Numbered from the whole stretch's first letter, positions 1 to 14,066 are shown. The stretch is DNA of 63,237 nucleotides, filler included, from Chiloscyllium plagiosum (GCF_004010195.1; 5 parts of one record of this genome joined end to end with filler, not necessarily neighbours in it); one strand, 5' to 3'. The notes: generated from the letters alone by a model not told the origin. Numbers and translations: made by a program.

Positions 1-360
1 TAGTTACCCTTTTGTCCTTAATATATTTGTGAAAACCCTTTGGATTCTCCTTAATTCTATTTGCCAACGCTATCTCATGTCCCCTTTTTGCCCTCCTGAT
101 TTCCCTCTTAACTATACTCCTACTTCCTTTATACTCTTCTAAGGTTTCACTCGACCTTTCCTATTCATGTATTTATCCACGTATCTTTTAAATGTTGTAA
201 TTGTACCCGCATCCACCACTTCCTCAGGAAGTTCATTCCATGTGAACCACCCTCTGTGTAAAAAACATTTTCCCCTCATGTCTTTTTTAAATCTCTCTCC
301 TCTCACCTTGAAAATATTCCTCCTAGTCTTGAAATCTCCCATCCTAGTGAAAAGACACCA
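1..360 (-). mobile_element. CR1/HER1 LINE fragments (ORF2 linker piece joined to an ORF2 C-terminal piece)
   Basis: 1-156 is a reverse-complement match to 35530-35690. 157-360 encodes WNELPEEVVDAGTITTFKR, typical of the CR1 ORF2 C-terminus. Confidence 0.85.
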
Positions 361-1564
361 GGTGAAGAAAGTTTTTTTTAAAAAAAGTATTAAATCTGTC
401 TTGTTGGAGGAAAACAACCCCTCTGACCGACTCTTTTTTTAAAGTCAGGAGTGCTTGCCTTCCCTGCCCTAGGCTGCCACTTTGTATATAAAACATTTCC
501 CTAACCAACTCCCATCACTCCTTTTGGCTGCCAACAGTAAAAAAGTCCTCAATATTGCTTTAGAATATTTACGTTTGTTCCCTGTCTCCTTTGAGAGAAA
601 TGCCCAATGGTGGGACCATGTTACGGAACTGATCTGACATGACTTCTTCTAATTTTAACACCTCTCCCCTGCTTTCTCTGATTCCTCCTCCCAGGATTCT
701 CCCAGATAATATTTCTTAAGCTCCAAAACATTTCACAGATCATATGCACATCCTGGCGTGGATTTGAACTCACAAGCCTCTGACCTTGGAGACTGACTAC
801 TAAGCCATCCAGATAATGTAACTGCCGGTGAAAGAGGGCCCACAAGAGCTGCTCAAGATGATAGAAAATGGTAGCTATAAAGAGCTTAAAACAATGCATT
901 CACAACTGCACTGGAAGTTTAATCTGGAGCACACACAACACATATGGAGTTGTAGCTGAAGCAGGAGAACAGAAAATGCCTTATAAACAAATAGTGACTT
1001 GCTTGAGAATGGACAATGATTAAGTCTTATTGGAGAGCCATACGAAAGTAATGGAAAGGGGAGTAATGGAAAAATGCAATGACGGAGATTTATTCTGTGG
1101 ACAAAGCTGCATTTGTTATAGGACTCGGCAGTTTTATGTTTATGCTTACCCTTTTTAGAGATTTCAGTGAGCATGCATTTCCAAAGTGCTATAGATTAGT
1201 GCTTTAGTTTTACAGTCTAAACATAAATTTTCCTTTGCTGCAGAACTCTTCCTTCCTTGCAGATGTGGCTTTATATTACAGTTATCTCTCTAGGAGTTCA
1301 GGAATGATAGTGTGATGCATCACTAACTCTGCTTCATGAATTCTGAAAACCATTTATCCTCAGTATAAGGAATACACAGATTTGGCTCTGAGAATTCTGC
1401 CTCCCCTAGTATATGTGTTAAAATGCTCACACTCGACAAACTTCTTTTTCTACCTGTGCTTGAATTTCTGAGTGAATGTCTGTTTCCTGACTGTCTACAC
1501 CCCTAATGTGGAGACACATCACAAAATCACATTATAAGTAAGATAAGTATGGTCCTGGTGCTGG

Positions 1565-2046
1565 TCCTGTCATCCAAGGTTTGGACTTAGAATCCAGAGA
1601 AGTGAGTTCAAATGTCACCATGATTGCTTGGAGAATTTGAATTCAGTTTATTTTTAAGAAGTCTGAAATAAAAAAAGATGGACTTCGTATGCTAACTCTG
1701 AAGATGTCAGATTGTCCCTAAAAGATCACCTGGCTCACAATGACAATAATATTTAAAGAGGTGGTGCACTACTGTCTCCTGGAGGGAAATTAGGAATGGA
1801 CAAAAAAAATTGCGCTTGCCAATGACATTTTTATGCAAAGAATTATTTTTATAAAAATAAACTCCTTTATGAATGGAAACCTGGTGAGACCTGTTTATGA
1901 AACTAATCCCCCACCAACATGGTTGGTTCTTAACTGTCCTCTGAAGTGGCCTAGCAAGCCATTCAGTTGTATCAGATGGTACCACCTCTTTCTCAGGGCA
2001 GCTGGAAATGAACAATAACTACCAGCCTTGTCAGTGATATCCACAT
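1565..2046 (+). mobile_element. Old tRNA-derived SINE (family uncertain, possibly MetaSINE-like)
   Basis: B-box-like gagttcaaat near 1604, body motif 'cttaactgtcctctgaagtggcctagcaagccattcagttg', and a 3' tail resembling the LINE tail seen antisense at 15040-15090. Confidence 0.55.
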
Positions 2047-2650
2047 TTTGATTTTAGCAAGATTGAATAGAAGGTTCTAATGATTCATAAAATCATATTT
2101 AGCACTGGAACTAAGCACTTTGAATGGTAGTGATCAGAATAGAAATGTCAGAGTTATACTGACATCCACTCGTCAAGAAACCAATTAGATTCTAAAATAG
2201 TTCTAGCAATTGCACAGGAATTTGATTTCAATGTAGCTGAGAGATTAGGTCTTTATTGTGTAGCATCACATGGGTAGTGTTTGCTCATGGTCATGTCAAT
2301 GAGAAGTCCCTTTTGTCTCTCAATTAATATGATCGGAACATGTGCTCCTTGATATTTTATGAAATATATTTAAGCTTTGAAGTTGATTGGCATTTGGACA
2401 TGCCTTTCTTTTTCTGTAATTCTATTCAATTTCTCGAAGCCTAAAGTATCCTTTGGCTTCATTGTTTCAGTTCAGGACTTTTCCTAAATTGTATACTGCT
2501 GAAACAAAAATGCCAAAGCTTTTCAAATTGTGCTTATCAGGACAAACCAAAGAATGTTAAATTTCAAAGAACCGCAACAGGGAGAAAAGGTGCTGATTAA
2601 TTGGCAAGTTAACACTGATAAATTATTGCCATGGTGAAAGCAATAGAGTC

Positions 2651-2980
2651 CACAGAATCCCTACAGTGTGGATGCAGCCCATTCAACTCCTCAAATCCAT
2701 ACTGAATCTCTGAAGAATATCCCACCCCCTACCCTATCCTGGTAACCTGCATTTTCCATGGCCAATTTGCCTAGCCTGCATATCCCTGGACACTATGGGT
2801 AATTTAACATTCCATCTGCCGATCTTTCGACTGTAGCAGGAAACAGGAGCACCAAGAGGGAACCCATGCAGACCCTGGGAGACAATGCAAACTCCACACA
2901 GACAGTCATCCTATGGTGGAATCAAATCCGGGTCCATGGCACTGAGGCAACAGTGCTAATCGCTGAGCCACCGTGCTGCC
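2651..2980 (-). mobile_element. HE1-type SINE
   Basis: The reverse complement begins GGCAGCACGGTGGCTCAGCGATTAGCACTG (tRNA head) and has the same core as the copy at 47688-48022. Confidence 0.88.
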
Positions 2981-3060
2981 TTGTAAGGGCTTATGGGTTC
3001 TTAGGTAATTCAAAAGTGGTAGAAAGTTTGAACATCTCATCTTCAATTATTTTCTATTGG

Positions 3061-3196
3061 TATTTAAACATATGGACAAACATATTGATGAAGATAGAAT
3101 AGTGTAGGATAGATAGGCTTCAGATTGGTTCAATAGGTCAGCGCAACATCACAGGCTGAAGGGCTTCTATGTGCTGTAATGTTCTATGTTCTGTTC
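3061..3196 (+). mobile_element. CR1-type LINE 3' end
   Basis: ggctgaagggc...gtgctgtaatgttctatgttctgttc 3' UTR and short-repeat tail. Confidence 0.65.
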
Positions 3197-4364
3197 CAGA
3201 AGATATATCTAACACCCTTGAACAAAGATTTACACATTTTAAAGGATGTTATGCTGTCAGCAAAGAATGTGAAGTTTAGGAACTTTTGTATTGGTTTCCC
3301 CATCCTGCAAGATATGTTACATTTTAAAATTCCCATTCTCCTCTTTATCTTCTCCATGCACTTTTCCGTGTTGGATTTCCATGTGTCACCATGCTTAATT
3401 CTCATTGAAAGAGATGAGTTTCACTTCAACCCTGGTACTATTTCGTTTCTTCAATTCAATATCCATTCTCTTCCATTGGGACAGTTCTCTTTGTGAAGAA
3501 TGCTTTCTAAATTCAAGTTGTTTTTCTTTTGCACTCTCATTCCTCTGCATGCAGCTTATATCAGTACATGTGTAACGTGTATGCATGCATGCACAATGTT
3601 TGTAGGTATGTATTATATATTTCTATTTAATATATAACATCTATGTAGTATATGGCTGTTGGATAGTTAACTCATTATGGATTGTATTTGTTAAGATTAG
3701 CGAGTGTTTCTTTACAGTTTTAAATGGGTGGTTAATGCTTTTAATACTATCCCACTTGACTTTGCCATATAAATCTCCTTTAGCCTTCTTAGAAGTAGCT
3801 ACATAATTTTTACATGTATACTTTGTCTGTATAACCTGGAATGTAGTCACTAAGGTATTTCAGATGTTCTGTAATCATTTTTGTAAATTTTTATGTGGTA
3901 CCATTTTTTAAATAAACTCACACCCTGCATATGCATAATGTAAAATTACTCCCAGACAGAAGAGGCATATTATGCTCTACCTTACACAGATGGTATTGCG
4001 GATTTCTAAGGAGTAAGGTGAGAATTGTTTGGTAGATTGCTCCAATTATTAGATAGTCTATCAGTGAGCGTAAATACTATATGTTGGCTGATTCCGATTT
4101 AAAAAGGTAAGTATTTTGTATTTCTACATCTAACCTGGTCCTGTCTAATCTTATCCTACCTATAACACTAGTCCCTAAAGTTTGTCACTACTTCTTGTAA
4201 AATTGTCATGTAAATACGTATTTTTAGCATTTCAGAATTGTACATTGATGAGCAGTATTTTTGTCTCTTTATTCAATGGTAAGATTTCTGTTTAATTCAA
4301 TTGAATAAATCAAGTAGTCCTTCTCTTTGTTGCATTTGAAATTTTACATTAAAATTTCTTAGTG

Positions 4365-4570
4365 AACGGAAGGAATGGGAACAGAAATAAATCATTTGAT
4401 CCCTCAAAGCCATCCTCTATTCAACAAGACCCAGGCTGATCCTCTCTCTCTCAACTTTAACTTTCTACATTATTCCCATATCACTTATCTCCCTTAGAGC
4501 TAGGTAGACTTTTGGGTCCTATCTTGCGTATATTCAGTGACTGAATATTCACAGCTTTTAGGGGTAGAGA
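4365..4570 (-). mobile_element. Old CR1/L2 LINE 3' end
   Basis: Decayed match to the CR1 tails at 22260 and 49995. Confidence 0.5.
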
Positions 4571-5313
4571 AGAGATGAGATCTTCAACTTGGATTGTCCA
4601 TTTGGCAAGAAAATGCAAACAAGCTTTCAATATTGATCAAGAAGGGATCACACAGTAATTAGGTGTAAAAGCACCTCTCTGAAAATGGCTTAACAACACA
4701 TCTTTAATTTTCATATCTAGGCCTTAGTTTGTAATGAAATTCAGAAAGAAATGGATGGAGTTTGTGCTGCATGTTGCTGTGCCTGGTATAGTACACTTAA
4801 TGGAACAGATGAAATTGGGCTATAAAAAGGCTCAAAATGTTTTTACCATGATATTTTTGTCAAGCTAGAAGTATGAATGGTGCTTTTGTCACTATGTGGG
4901 GGCTGGCTTTCTGTATTTGACTCCACTACTTTTCCCTCTTAGGACTTGCCTGTATGTCATTTTGACTCTGTTTCAGGTGTGATTTGCAAACTGTTATATG
5001 GGGATAGCTATTTGATGCTCACTCTGTCTTTTGTTTTTGGGTGAAGGAAGATATTGAATTTGGCTTCATATTGCAGAGAAATTGCTATCACTGTGCTGAC
5101 TTGCAGTTATTTTGATTATATACCATGTTCTGCCTCCAAATTTTCAATACTAATGCAGAGCAAATTTTCACCTTCTTGCCAGAAATTGTGTTGTAATTTT
5201 TAAGTTAAAGTGGTTTTGATGACCAATTAGTGCCAGAAATGCACAATCTTATTTTCCTTTTGTTAATAAATTAGTTGACATCCGCAGTTGAGACAATGAG
5301 TTATTTTGCATCA

Positions 5314-5506
5314 GAGGAGAAAGTGAGGACTGCAGATGCTGGAGATCAGAGTCGAGAATGTGGTGCTAGAAAAGTACAGCTGGTCAGGCAGCATCTGAGG
5401 TGCAGGAGAATCTTCCTGATGAAAGGCTTATGCCCGAAGCATTGATTCTCCTGCTCCTCTGATGCTGCCTGACCTGATGTGCATTTCCAGTACTACACTC
5501 CCAACT
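5314..5506. mobile_element. Penelope-derived palindromic element (family A) with a degenerate hammerhead
   Basis: Inverted arms ggtcaggcagcatc...ggagaatc / gattctcc...gatgctgcctgacc, with central ctgatgaaaggcttatgcccgaagc. Confidence 0.8.
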
Positions 5507-8500
5507 TATTTTGCAGTACAGCAGGAACACCATTTCAATATGTCTGTTCAGAGGGATTCTGTTGTACTAGGAGGAATGTGTCCAAGTGTGACTGATGGGC
5601 CACATGTTTTGTGGCAATATGGTCTCTGAAGTCTATCCAACTCCACGTTTCTAGTTCTTGTATTTCCTACACTTTGTTTTGCTTCATATAGCTCTTCTGG
5701 AGTTTTGACTTCCCAGCAATTTCAAAGTGCTGTTGCCTAATTGGTGGAAAACCTCTAAATTAGAACACCTCAATCTACAGTTAACAATGTATATCTATTT
5801 ATAAGCACTAATTTGGTATAAAATAATGGAAGTAGCCCACATAGATCTACGATTTGCAATTCAGCAAGATAAGAGTTTTGACGCTTTTCTGCTGGGATTT
5901 GAAAGCATTATTCATTCATTCAAAAATCTATACAGATTCACTTCGTACAGTCTAGTCTTTTGGTCACAGAGAGGTACATGACTATGCAGTGCTGTGCTTT
6001 GGAAAATAATTTGCACAAAACAATTTAGCACTCTGATTACAATTTGCTGCAGTCCATTATTGGCACTTCTGTTGCTTTTTGTCTTGTTCTTTCCCCGTGG
6101 AGCAAATTTCAGATTGAATTTTGCAGTGCGAAGGACATAACCAATGCTGATAATTTTTTAATGTCGCTGTAGTTCACTGAAACTTAGCATTGCTTCAGGA
6201 TATTTGCATAGAATGAGGCAGAAACCCAGAAGTAGCTGTCAGTCATTCCATGTTACTCCAGAGTGCAATGTTGAAACACCTCTATACAGCAATCAATGGA
6301 AAATCTGAAAATACTTTTAGTCCCACTACACAAACATGTAAAGAAAAACCTCCTGGAATGAAGTGGAACTGGGTTTTCAGTGGTGTGTAGCGTTCATAAT
6401 TATGTTAAACAGTAACATTGGCTCTGAAAAACTAATTTTGTATCTGCGGAAAGTGCAATGTTTCCATTATGATAAAAATCCGTAACTTTAAAAAGAAATC
6501 TGTTCTTTAAAAATATCATTGTATTAAAGTATAAAAAAAAATTAATCATAACTTATTTTGCTATATAGGTTTTAATTATTCAACTCCCCAGTTTGCTGTG
6601 TTTGAGAATGTTTCATTGTTGCTACTGTATATCTGGAGATCCTGTTGACGAGGTGTTCAATTTAAACTGCCAGAAAGAAAGGGGAAGTCAGCAGCATAGA
6701 TATATGATAGTTCTTTATGCACAGCTTTATGCTAAATCAGTGGTGAATGTCATTGCTTCATCACTGATTTCAAAATTCAGTCAATATTCTTTTAGGTTTG
6801 AATTCTATATATAAACATCCTTTTTTTTAAAAACGTGTATATCTCAGTATATTTTGTTCAAGAAATAATTACAATAGTTTGCTCCAGTGAAATAAATAGT
6901 TGCATTTTCACCTAAATTAAGTTATGCCACAGCTCATTGAAGCTAATGTACTGAAGCTAATATTGAAGATGGACTTTTAATATGTAGTCAGATTTACTTA
7001 AATGTACAAATATATTATAATCCTAATGTTGATTGAAAGAATCCTAATGGATTTGATGCTCAGGCTTTGATATGATTCATTATATATTCAGTAGTCTATA
7101 CGCTAATTTCAGATTCTTTCACCACCACACATCACTTCCCCTCCCCCATCACACAACAGCATCAACCAACTATCTACCCACCAATTGTCAGTCCACCCAC
7201 AGAGTTCCTTACTGCTCTGGCTGAGGTCAAGTGCTCAAATACTAACCTCTTGAGAGTTTTTCTGTGTTGCCAGTGTACTGGTAAAACAGACTTTAAACTC
7301 TTGTCAGTTCACTTACTGGCGCACGCATCATAGTCCCACTCAAATAAACCTGTCACAACATAGACTCACTGGATACCAAAGAGTACAAGGGCAAACCTTT
7401 AGCTTTTATTCGAGCAACACCAAACGTGCACGGAGTGCATAATTATTTCGCCATTATTGAGCAAACCTAAGGACCTGAACCTCTACTACATCAGGTTTTT
7501 TTAGTAATTTGCTGAAGTGCTGCTAAGGACGTTGAGGACTTTAAATGTTGGCTGCGATCCGGTTCCTTTCTGGGTCATTTACTTCATTTTTCTCACATGT
7601 TAACTATTGCTATGCCATGGATGCTGTGGAGGTAGTTTCTGAGATACTGCTCATTTCTTCAGTAAATTAATTTTGGAAATGCAAAGTTGAGGCCTATTTT
7701 ATGACACCTTCCTTCAGTAACATGTTTTGTTTCCTATGGAGTACTTTGACTATATTATTCTGAATGTCACAGAGTAATTGACTCAAATTAATAAAATAGT
7801 CCTTCAATTTTAGTTTATGTGCTGCTTTATGCAAAATGAATTACTTCTGCATTTTGTAGTTTGAAGTCTGATTGTTTTTAATCTGGGTTTATGGTCCCTT
7901 TAAAACTGTGATATTTTTTACAATTCTACAATTTCAAACGAGCTACATGATTAAAACATCCAAATCAATCCCTTAGTGATCATGTGTCATTGCGAGTGGA
8001 ACCATCAATTTGAAGGAATGGGGAGTTGAAATACAAACTATTGTAAATGTTTATACAGCAGGAAAAAGAATATACAGCACATGGTCACTTAGATCCAGAA
8101 TTTTGGTGTTATTTACTTTATTGTGTTTTAAAGTCTTTTGCAAAACTGGTGTTTAATTTATTTCACGGAACATTGGAATTTGACCTCATGGATCTGTTTG
8201 GGTAATCATGCATTGGTGGGTATGGGTACTGGATCATTAAAAAGACATTGATCTTACCAATGTTCAACTGATTATTATTGGAAAATAATAGTATAGCATC
8301 AATTACATATTTTTGTTAAAAATAGCTGTCCAAAATTGTGGGTGCTGAATGAAAGCCCAATTTTTATATTGGTTTAACATGCAACATCTGTAAATGGACA
8401 TTTGGGTTTCACTGTTAAATTGCCTCTATAACAGACAGGAATGAGTCAGCAGATGATAATTTCAACTCTCTGAGTATATTGCTAATTTGATGTGTCTACG

Positions 8501-9222
8501 CCCATTTCATTTTTATGAAATACTTCATGAACATGTTTAAATTAAAACTACCACTGCATAACTGAGAACCTAATTTTAAATAATTAGTTGCTCCCAGAAT
8601 TTGGAAAACTTAACTGTAAATCTGAGGTTAGGAATTTAAGTGCCTTTTTACGGGTCTTTTGGGTCAGTTAGAGTAGGAGCACTTTGTGGCCGGTCTGGAT
8701 AGCCTTTGGGCTCCCCCTTGCTAAGTTTGGCTTGCCTGGAATTTCGACACCCTCTACCATAGCTACCCTCCTTCCCTATTTTTCTCCTAATTGCTCCTGT
8801 TTTCCCTCATCATTCCCTGTGTACCTTCCATCTAAGCTCTATTTCTGGCTTCCACCTGCTCAGTTGCTGAGGACAGTGCCCAAGGTTCCATAGCTTTGGC
8901 CTCTTTTGCTATTTTGTTTTCATTGTACAGCAGCTCACAATGCTATCAATTTGTTTGGCAGCTGTGGGGGAAAAGAGGTAAAAAAAAGACACATCATTAG
9001 CCATCCTGTTAAATTTGGCATGACATCCACATGTTCGGTTTTCCATAAGTTCTGGGGTCCAGGTCTGTAAGAAAAGTGGAAAATCCAGTTCTAAAGATGT
9101 TGTGACTTTAATTTACAAGTGCATTTTTAGTAATTGTGCAAGTGATTTCTTATTTTTTTTAGTTACTGTACTATACCTAATTTCTCCATATTCTATGTTC
9201 ATGCAAATTAATTTTTTCACAG

Positions 9223-9406
9223 CAGCAGCAACAGTTACAGGCCCAACATCTATCCCATGGCCATGCACTTCCAGTACCTCTCACCCCTCATCCGTCTGGA
9301 CTCCAGCCCCCAGGAATACCATCAGTTGGAAGCAGTGCAGGACTATTGGCATTATCAAGTGCAATGAAAGATGAGAAAAAGCATCATGACACGGATCACC
9401 AAAGAG
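9223..9406 (+). CDS. TLE4: Groucho/TLE co-repressor, GP-domain exon (TLE4-like), internal exon
   Basis: Acceptor ttttttcacAG and donor AGAG|gtaaac. The 184 nt (phase 0 to phase 1) translate to [61 protein letters not shown], matching the recalled TLE GP region. [13 protein letters not shown] and the next exon favour TLE4 over TLE1/TLE3. This frame is not in the ORF track. Confidence 0.93.
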
Positions 9407-11167
9407 GTAAACAGTTGCAATTGATTATAGACTGTCAATTAAAGGCTGGCAACTTAGAAATGGCAACTTGATTGTTAATTTAATCTCTCTTTAGAAACAT
9501 AAGGGAAAGGAGTAGACGATTCAGTCTGTTTGAACAGTTCAATTAAATCATGAATGGTCTGAATCTTAAAAACCATCTCTGTCTCGCTGTTTCCCCTTAG
9601 TATCCTCGCATTACAAAATATTTCAACCTAAACTGATTTTTCCCCTTGTGTTTTGATCCTATTAGAGACTGTTACTTTTTAAAGAAAGCACAAATACCAA
9701 CCATTCAACCGGCTGAGTGACAGCAAAGGATTTCAAATTTTTGAACAAAAGCAATCTTTATATATATTACAGTAGAAAGATTAAACAATGCAAACACTAT
9801 TACTTAATGTCATAGTTTATAATTATTTATGCCATGAACTCCGTTCTGCCTTTGAGTCCACGTAAGAACTACCTTATACAATAAAGCAGTCCTGATCATT
9901 CACTTCCTTCGGAACGAGTCCATAATGTGTGCTACCCTCTGAAGTTCACTTTAAATCTCCTCAGATTTCTACTGATTCTCCAAGGTAAGATTCTATGGGG
10001 GTCCTTCCACTGCCTTTTTGATTGTGTCACCTTTCACCTTTTTTCACAGACCTCACAAATGTGGATGCCTCAGCTCCTTGTTTGGATTGCTGACAGATGC
10101 CCAACTAATTTCTCATCACCTTCCAAGCTAATTCTGCTAACTGCTCTCTACCAAAGGCTCTTTGAGGATCACTGCAAATTTTCTCCACTAGAGCAAATCC
10201 ACCGGCTGCTTTTCACACTCAAAAAATCCGAACTAAACTCCTTGCTTTAATAAATGTACGCAAATATATTAAATAAAAGAGCCTTTTGTTCCCACAGCTT
10301 TTTTCTATGATAATTGACATTCTCTGGTTGGTCTCAGACATGAAAATAAACAAAGATAAAGATAAACAAAATATTTTATGTTCAACACAACTATTTGATT
10401 CTGCCACTCATCTGAGCAATTTCTAAATCTAAGGGAACTGCGCAATCCTCTTTCCTAGAAGTGCCAGCTTTTGGCTTATTTTGTGGAAGTAAGAATAGAC
10501 ACCCCTATTCTATCCAGAAGTTCAGAAATAGGCCATCCATTATTTAGTTTTTTTTTCACTTCCACCTCAGATCTTGTTAAATAAACACAAGCTAATTAAA
10601 CCTAGGCTTGTTTGGTTTGCCTTAGATTGTTGATCAGTTTGTTAACCAGACTAAGAACCATTGTTCTTAGATTCAAAATTTTAATCTCTGACAGTTATAT
10701 TTTAAAGCAAATGAATTATGAACCAGATTTTCAGAGTTCCCATTTTTCCAATGTGGTTCTTGAAGCTAAAAACTAGCTTTTTATGTATTATTAGTTTATT
10801 TGAAAAAACAACAGGAAGATAAAGAATGAGATGAAAGCAAGAGCTGGAGATGGTCAGTTTAAGAAGTCTAAGAAACGTCACCCAGAGAGCGATAAAATGT
10901 GAAGCTTTACCACCTTGAATAGTTGAGATGACTGATATAGAGATGTTGAAGGGGTAGCTAAATAAACATTTGATGGTGAAGGAAATGTAGGCAATGCTAA
11001 TAGTTCAGTGAGAAGAGCCTTGAATGGAATAAACGTTAGCCTTGGCCAAATGGGCTGAAATGTTCTGTCTAATTCTAAGATTATATAAAATACAAAAAAT
11101 TATAGGATTTTAGATTGTGGGAGACTAGCCATGAAATTTTAGCCTTTGTCTCTCTTGGTAGCCGACT

Positions 11168-12165
11168 AGAGTCATAGAGTCATACAGAATGGAAACAGAA
11201 TCTTTGGTCCGACCAGTCCACACCAACCATGTTCCCAAACTAAACTAGTCCCACATGCCTGCACTTGGTCCATATCCCTCCAAACCGTTCCTAATCATGA
11301 ACGTATCCAAATGTCTTTTAAACATTATAACTGTACCTGTATCTATCATTTCCTCTAGCAGTTCATTCCACACATGAGCCACTCTCTGTGTAAAAAAAGT
11401 TGCCCCTTATGTCCTTTTTACATGTTTCTCCTCTTGCCTTAAAAATGCAGCCCCTAGTTTTGAGCTTCCCCACCCAAGGGAAAAGATCCTTGTCATTCAT
11501 CTTATCTGTACACCACATGATTTTATAAACCACAACCTCTGATGTTCAATGAAACAACTCCCAGTCTTTCCAGTCTGGTTTTATATCTCAAACCCTCCAT
11601 TCTTAGTAACAGCTTGGTAAATCTTTTCTGAACCCTCTGTTTAATACTATCCTTCCTATAATGGGGTGACCAGAACTGCACATAGTACTCCAGAGGAGGC
11701 CTCACCAATGTCCTGTACAACCTCAACATGATGTCCCAACTCCTATACTCAAAGGTCTGAGCAATGAAGGAAAGCATGCTAATTGCCTTCTTAACGCCCT
11801 ATCCATCCGTGATACAAATTTCAAAGAACTGTGTACCTGAATGCATAGGTCTTTCTGTTTTACAACACTACCCAGGGCACCTTCATTAATTGTATAAGTC
11901 CTGTCCTTGTTTGTATTACCAGAATGCAATACTGCACATTTATCCAAATTAAACTCCGGTTGTCACTCCTCAGCCCTTCTATATCTCATCCAAATCATTT
12001 ATATAAGTGACAAACTGAAGTTCCAATTCCAATGGAACACTGCTGTTCACAGCCGTCCGGTTTAAGAACCAACCCTCCACCATCATCCTCTGTCTCCTAT
12101 CCAATTGGCAAGCTCACCCTGAATCCCATGTGATTTAACTTTACTAATTAATCTACCATGCAGTT
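11168..12165 (-). mobile_element. HER1/CR1 LINE, 5'-truncated (RT C-terminus plus 3' UTR)
   Basis: ORFs 11523-11947 encode LYRTLVRPPLEYYVQFWSPHYRKD and KCAVLHSG. A (ctatgact)n tail lies at the left end. Confidence 0.92.
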
Positions 12166-14066
12166 TCATTATTCGGTGTTGCGCAGCATAGCTAGCCTTA
12201 TCTCACAAAGCTGGAGTGCAATAGCCAGTTCATGCCAAAGAAGGAGGATTGATGTATATTCATGTTGTTTAGAATAGCTATGAAGAAAACACAACCGGTT
12301 AATTAGATTAGTAAATCTGCAATTCCTCTGGTTACATTTGGAGAGAATGTTATAACTAAGATAAAGCATGTTTAGTTTTACTGATGAATATTTGAAAATG
12401 TGGGTAGATACTTTTTTCTGAATAATCTCCTTATAAATTAAATAACAAGATAAATATATATCTATATTATTATGCAAAGTGACAGTTTTTATTTCCACAA
12501 CCAAAGCATTTTTGTTGCCCATTGCAGTGAGGAAGTACCAAATTGACCAGTCAAAGCAATTTCTTGGCTATTTACCCTATGTTGTTGTCTCTGATAGAAA
12601 TAGAACTATTGGAGATAAGTATATAATATAATTAACACAGTTCTAGTGATGTTGGAAGGTATCAACATTCTCTTGGGGAGAGGAATTTTAGGGGACTTTG
12701 ATGGAAGGAGTTGCCAGTGGTGAAGCTAATTGGCTCCCAAAAATGATGCTTACATCTAGTCTGCTAACTGGTTATAGGTATATCAGACCTGCTTTATGTG
12801 GTGCTTATTATTTACCATAGCTTGCCTGTGTGAACTGCTGAAAGGATCTGTTTAGGCTAATTCATCAATATTATGGTTGCTCAACAGTATAAATTAGAAT
12901 GAATTGGCAACAAGGGAACTGATGCACTTTGCAGAAATGCTTGAATAGGAAACAATTTTGTGGCTGAAGTTTGTCGAGTTATTCACCTTTTTTTTATTTA
13001 CTCATCAGTGGGGATACAGGGATTGGTTTAAAAGTTGACAAGTGTTCAAAAAAATTTCAAAACAAGTCCATAATATTTTAAGTTTATTCATGGTAATGAC
13101 TAATTGCTTTATTGAAGTGTCTATTGTTGAACATGGATTGGCTTCAGGAAGGTTTTGCTGAGAGTATTATTCAAAAAACAAACAATGACCAAGTTTGTAT
13201 CATTTCACGAAATATTCACCTCTCAATTCACCATGACAGTGGTGTAATATCCAATTCATATTTGCAAGCAAGAGCCAATTAGATAAATATAATGTAGTTG
13301 CTATATTATTTGGCTTTCAAACCACAAATTTATTAAATTAATATTGAATTAAAAAAACACTGACAATATTTTTAGCTAATTTTTGCTTGCTGTGCACACT
13401 CCTTTTTCTATAGTGTTTAAGATTGCCATGTGACTATGCTTGTACTTATTTTTAAAGACCACTACTCTGCATGAGCTATTTGACCCATGTACAGTTAGCA
13501 CTGGTTTCTGCATGGCTCTGCATCCGCGCACTTTGGAGAGAACATTGCTGTCAGTTGCTGCTATAGTTGTATTGTTTGAACTGCAACACTTTTTACAGCA
13601 CTCCTTCATTTGTATTTCTTCTGATGTTATTTGCAAATAAAAATCATGGATCCAATTTGAAGTTTGGGCAAGTGCATGGGATTTGAGTGAATTAGAGTTT
13701 CTGTCTGTCGATGGGAGGGCAAGTTTTCATCATCCCTTATGGTCCCCCAAATCTATTTTACGACGTACTATGTTGGCTTTAAACGAGGCTTGAAAGGTCA
13801 GAATTAGATGAAGAGTTCATTTATATTCCACTGTCTGGAGGTTGGTTTTGGGATAAAATTGGTGTAGATTGCTGAATATCAAGTATGTTAAAACAGCATA
13901 GCTAATAACTGGTGTAAATAATGTTGCTGCTGATGATAATAAGTGCTTTTCTTTTTCTTCCAACCCCCTTCCACCCTACCGGAATGCTGCTGTTGCTACT
14001 TGTTCTTGATCTGTACGTGCTTGCAACTTCATTCATTCTCTCATGACGTGGCTTAAATGAGAACAG

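Noticed and set aside
600..1180. Possible antisense LTR end with primer-binding site (gtaaca-tggtccc near 620); similar LTR-like starts at ~7350 and ~9650
   Set aside because: No paired LTR, TSD or coding support visible, so too weak to call.
9102..9374. 90-aa ORF overlapping the TLE4 exon
   Set aside because: Wrong frame. The true coding frame starts at the splice acceptor (9223).
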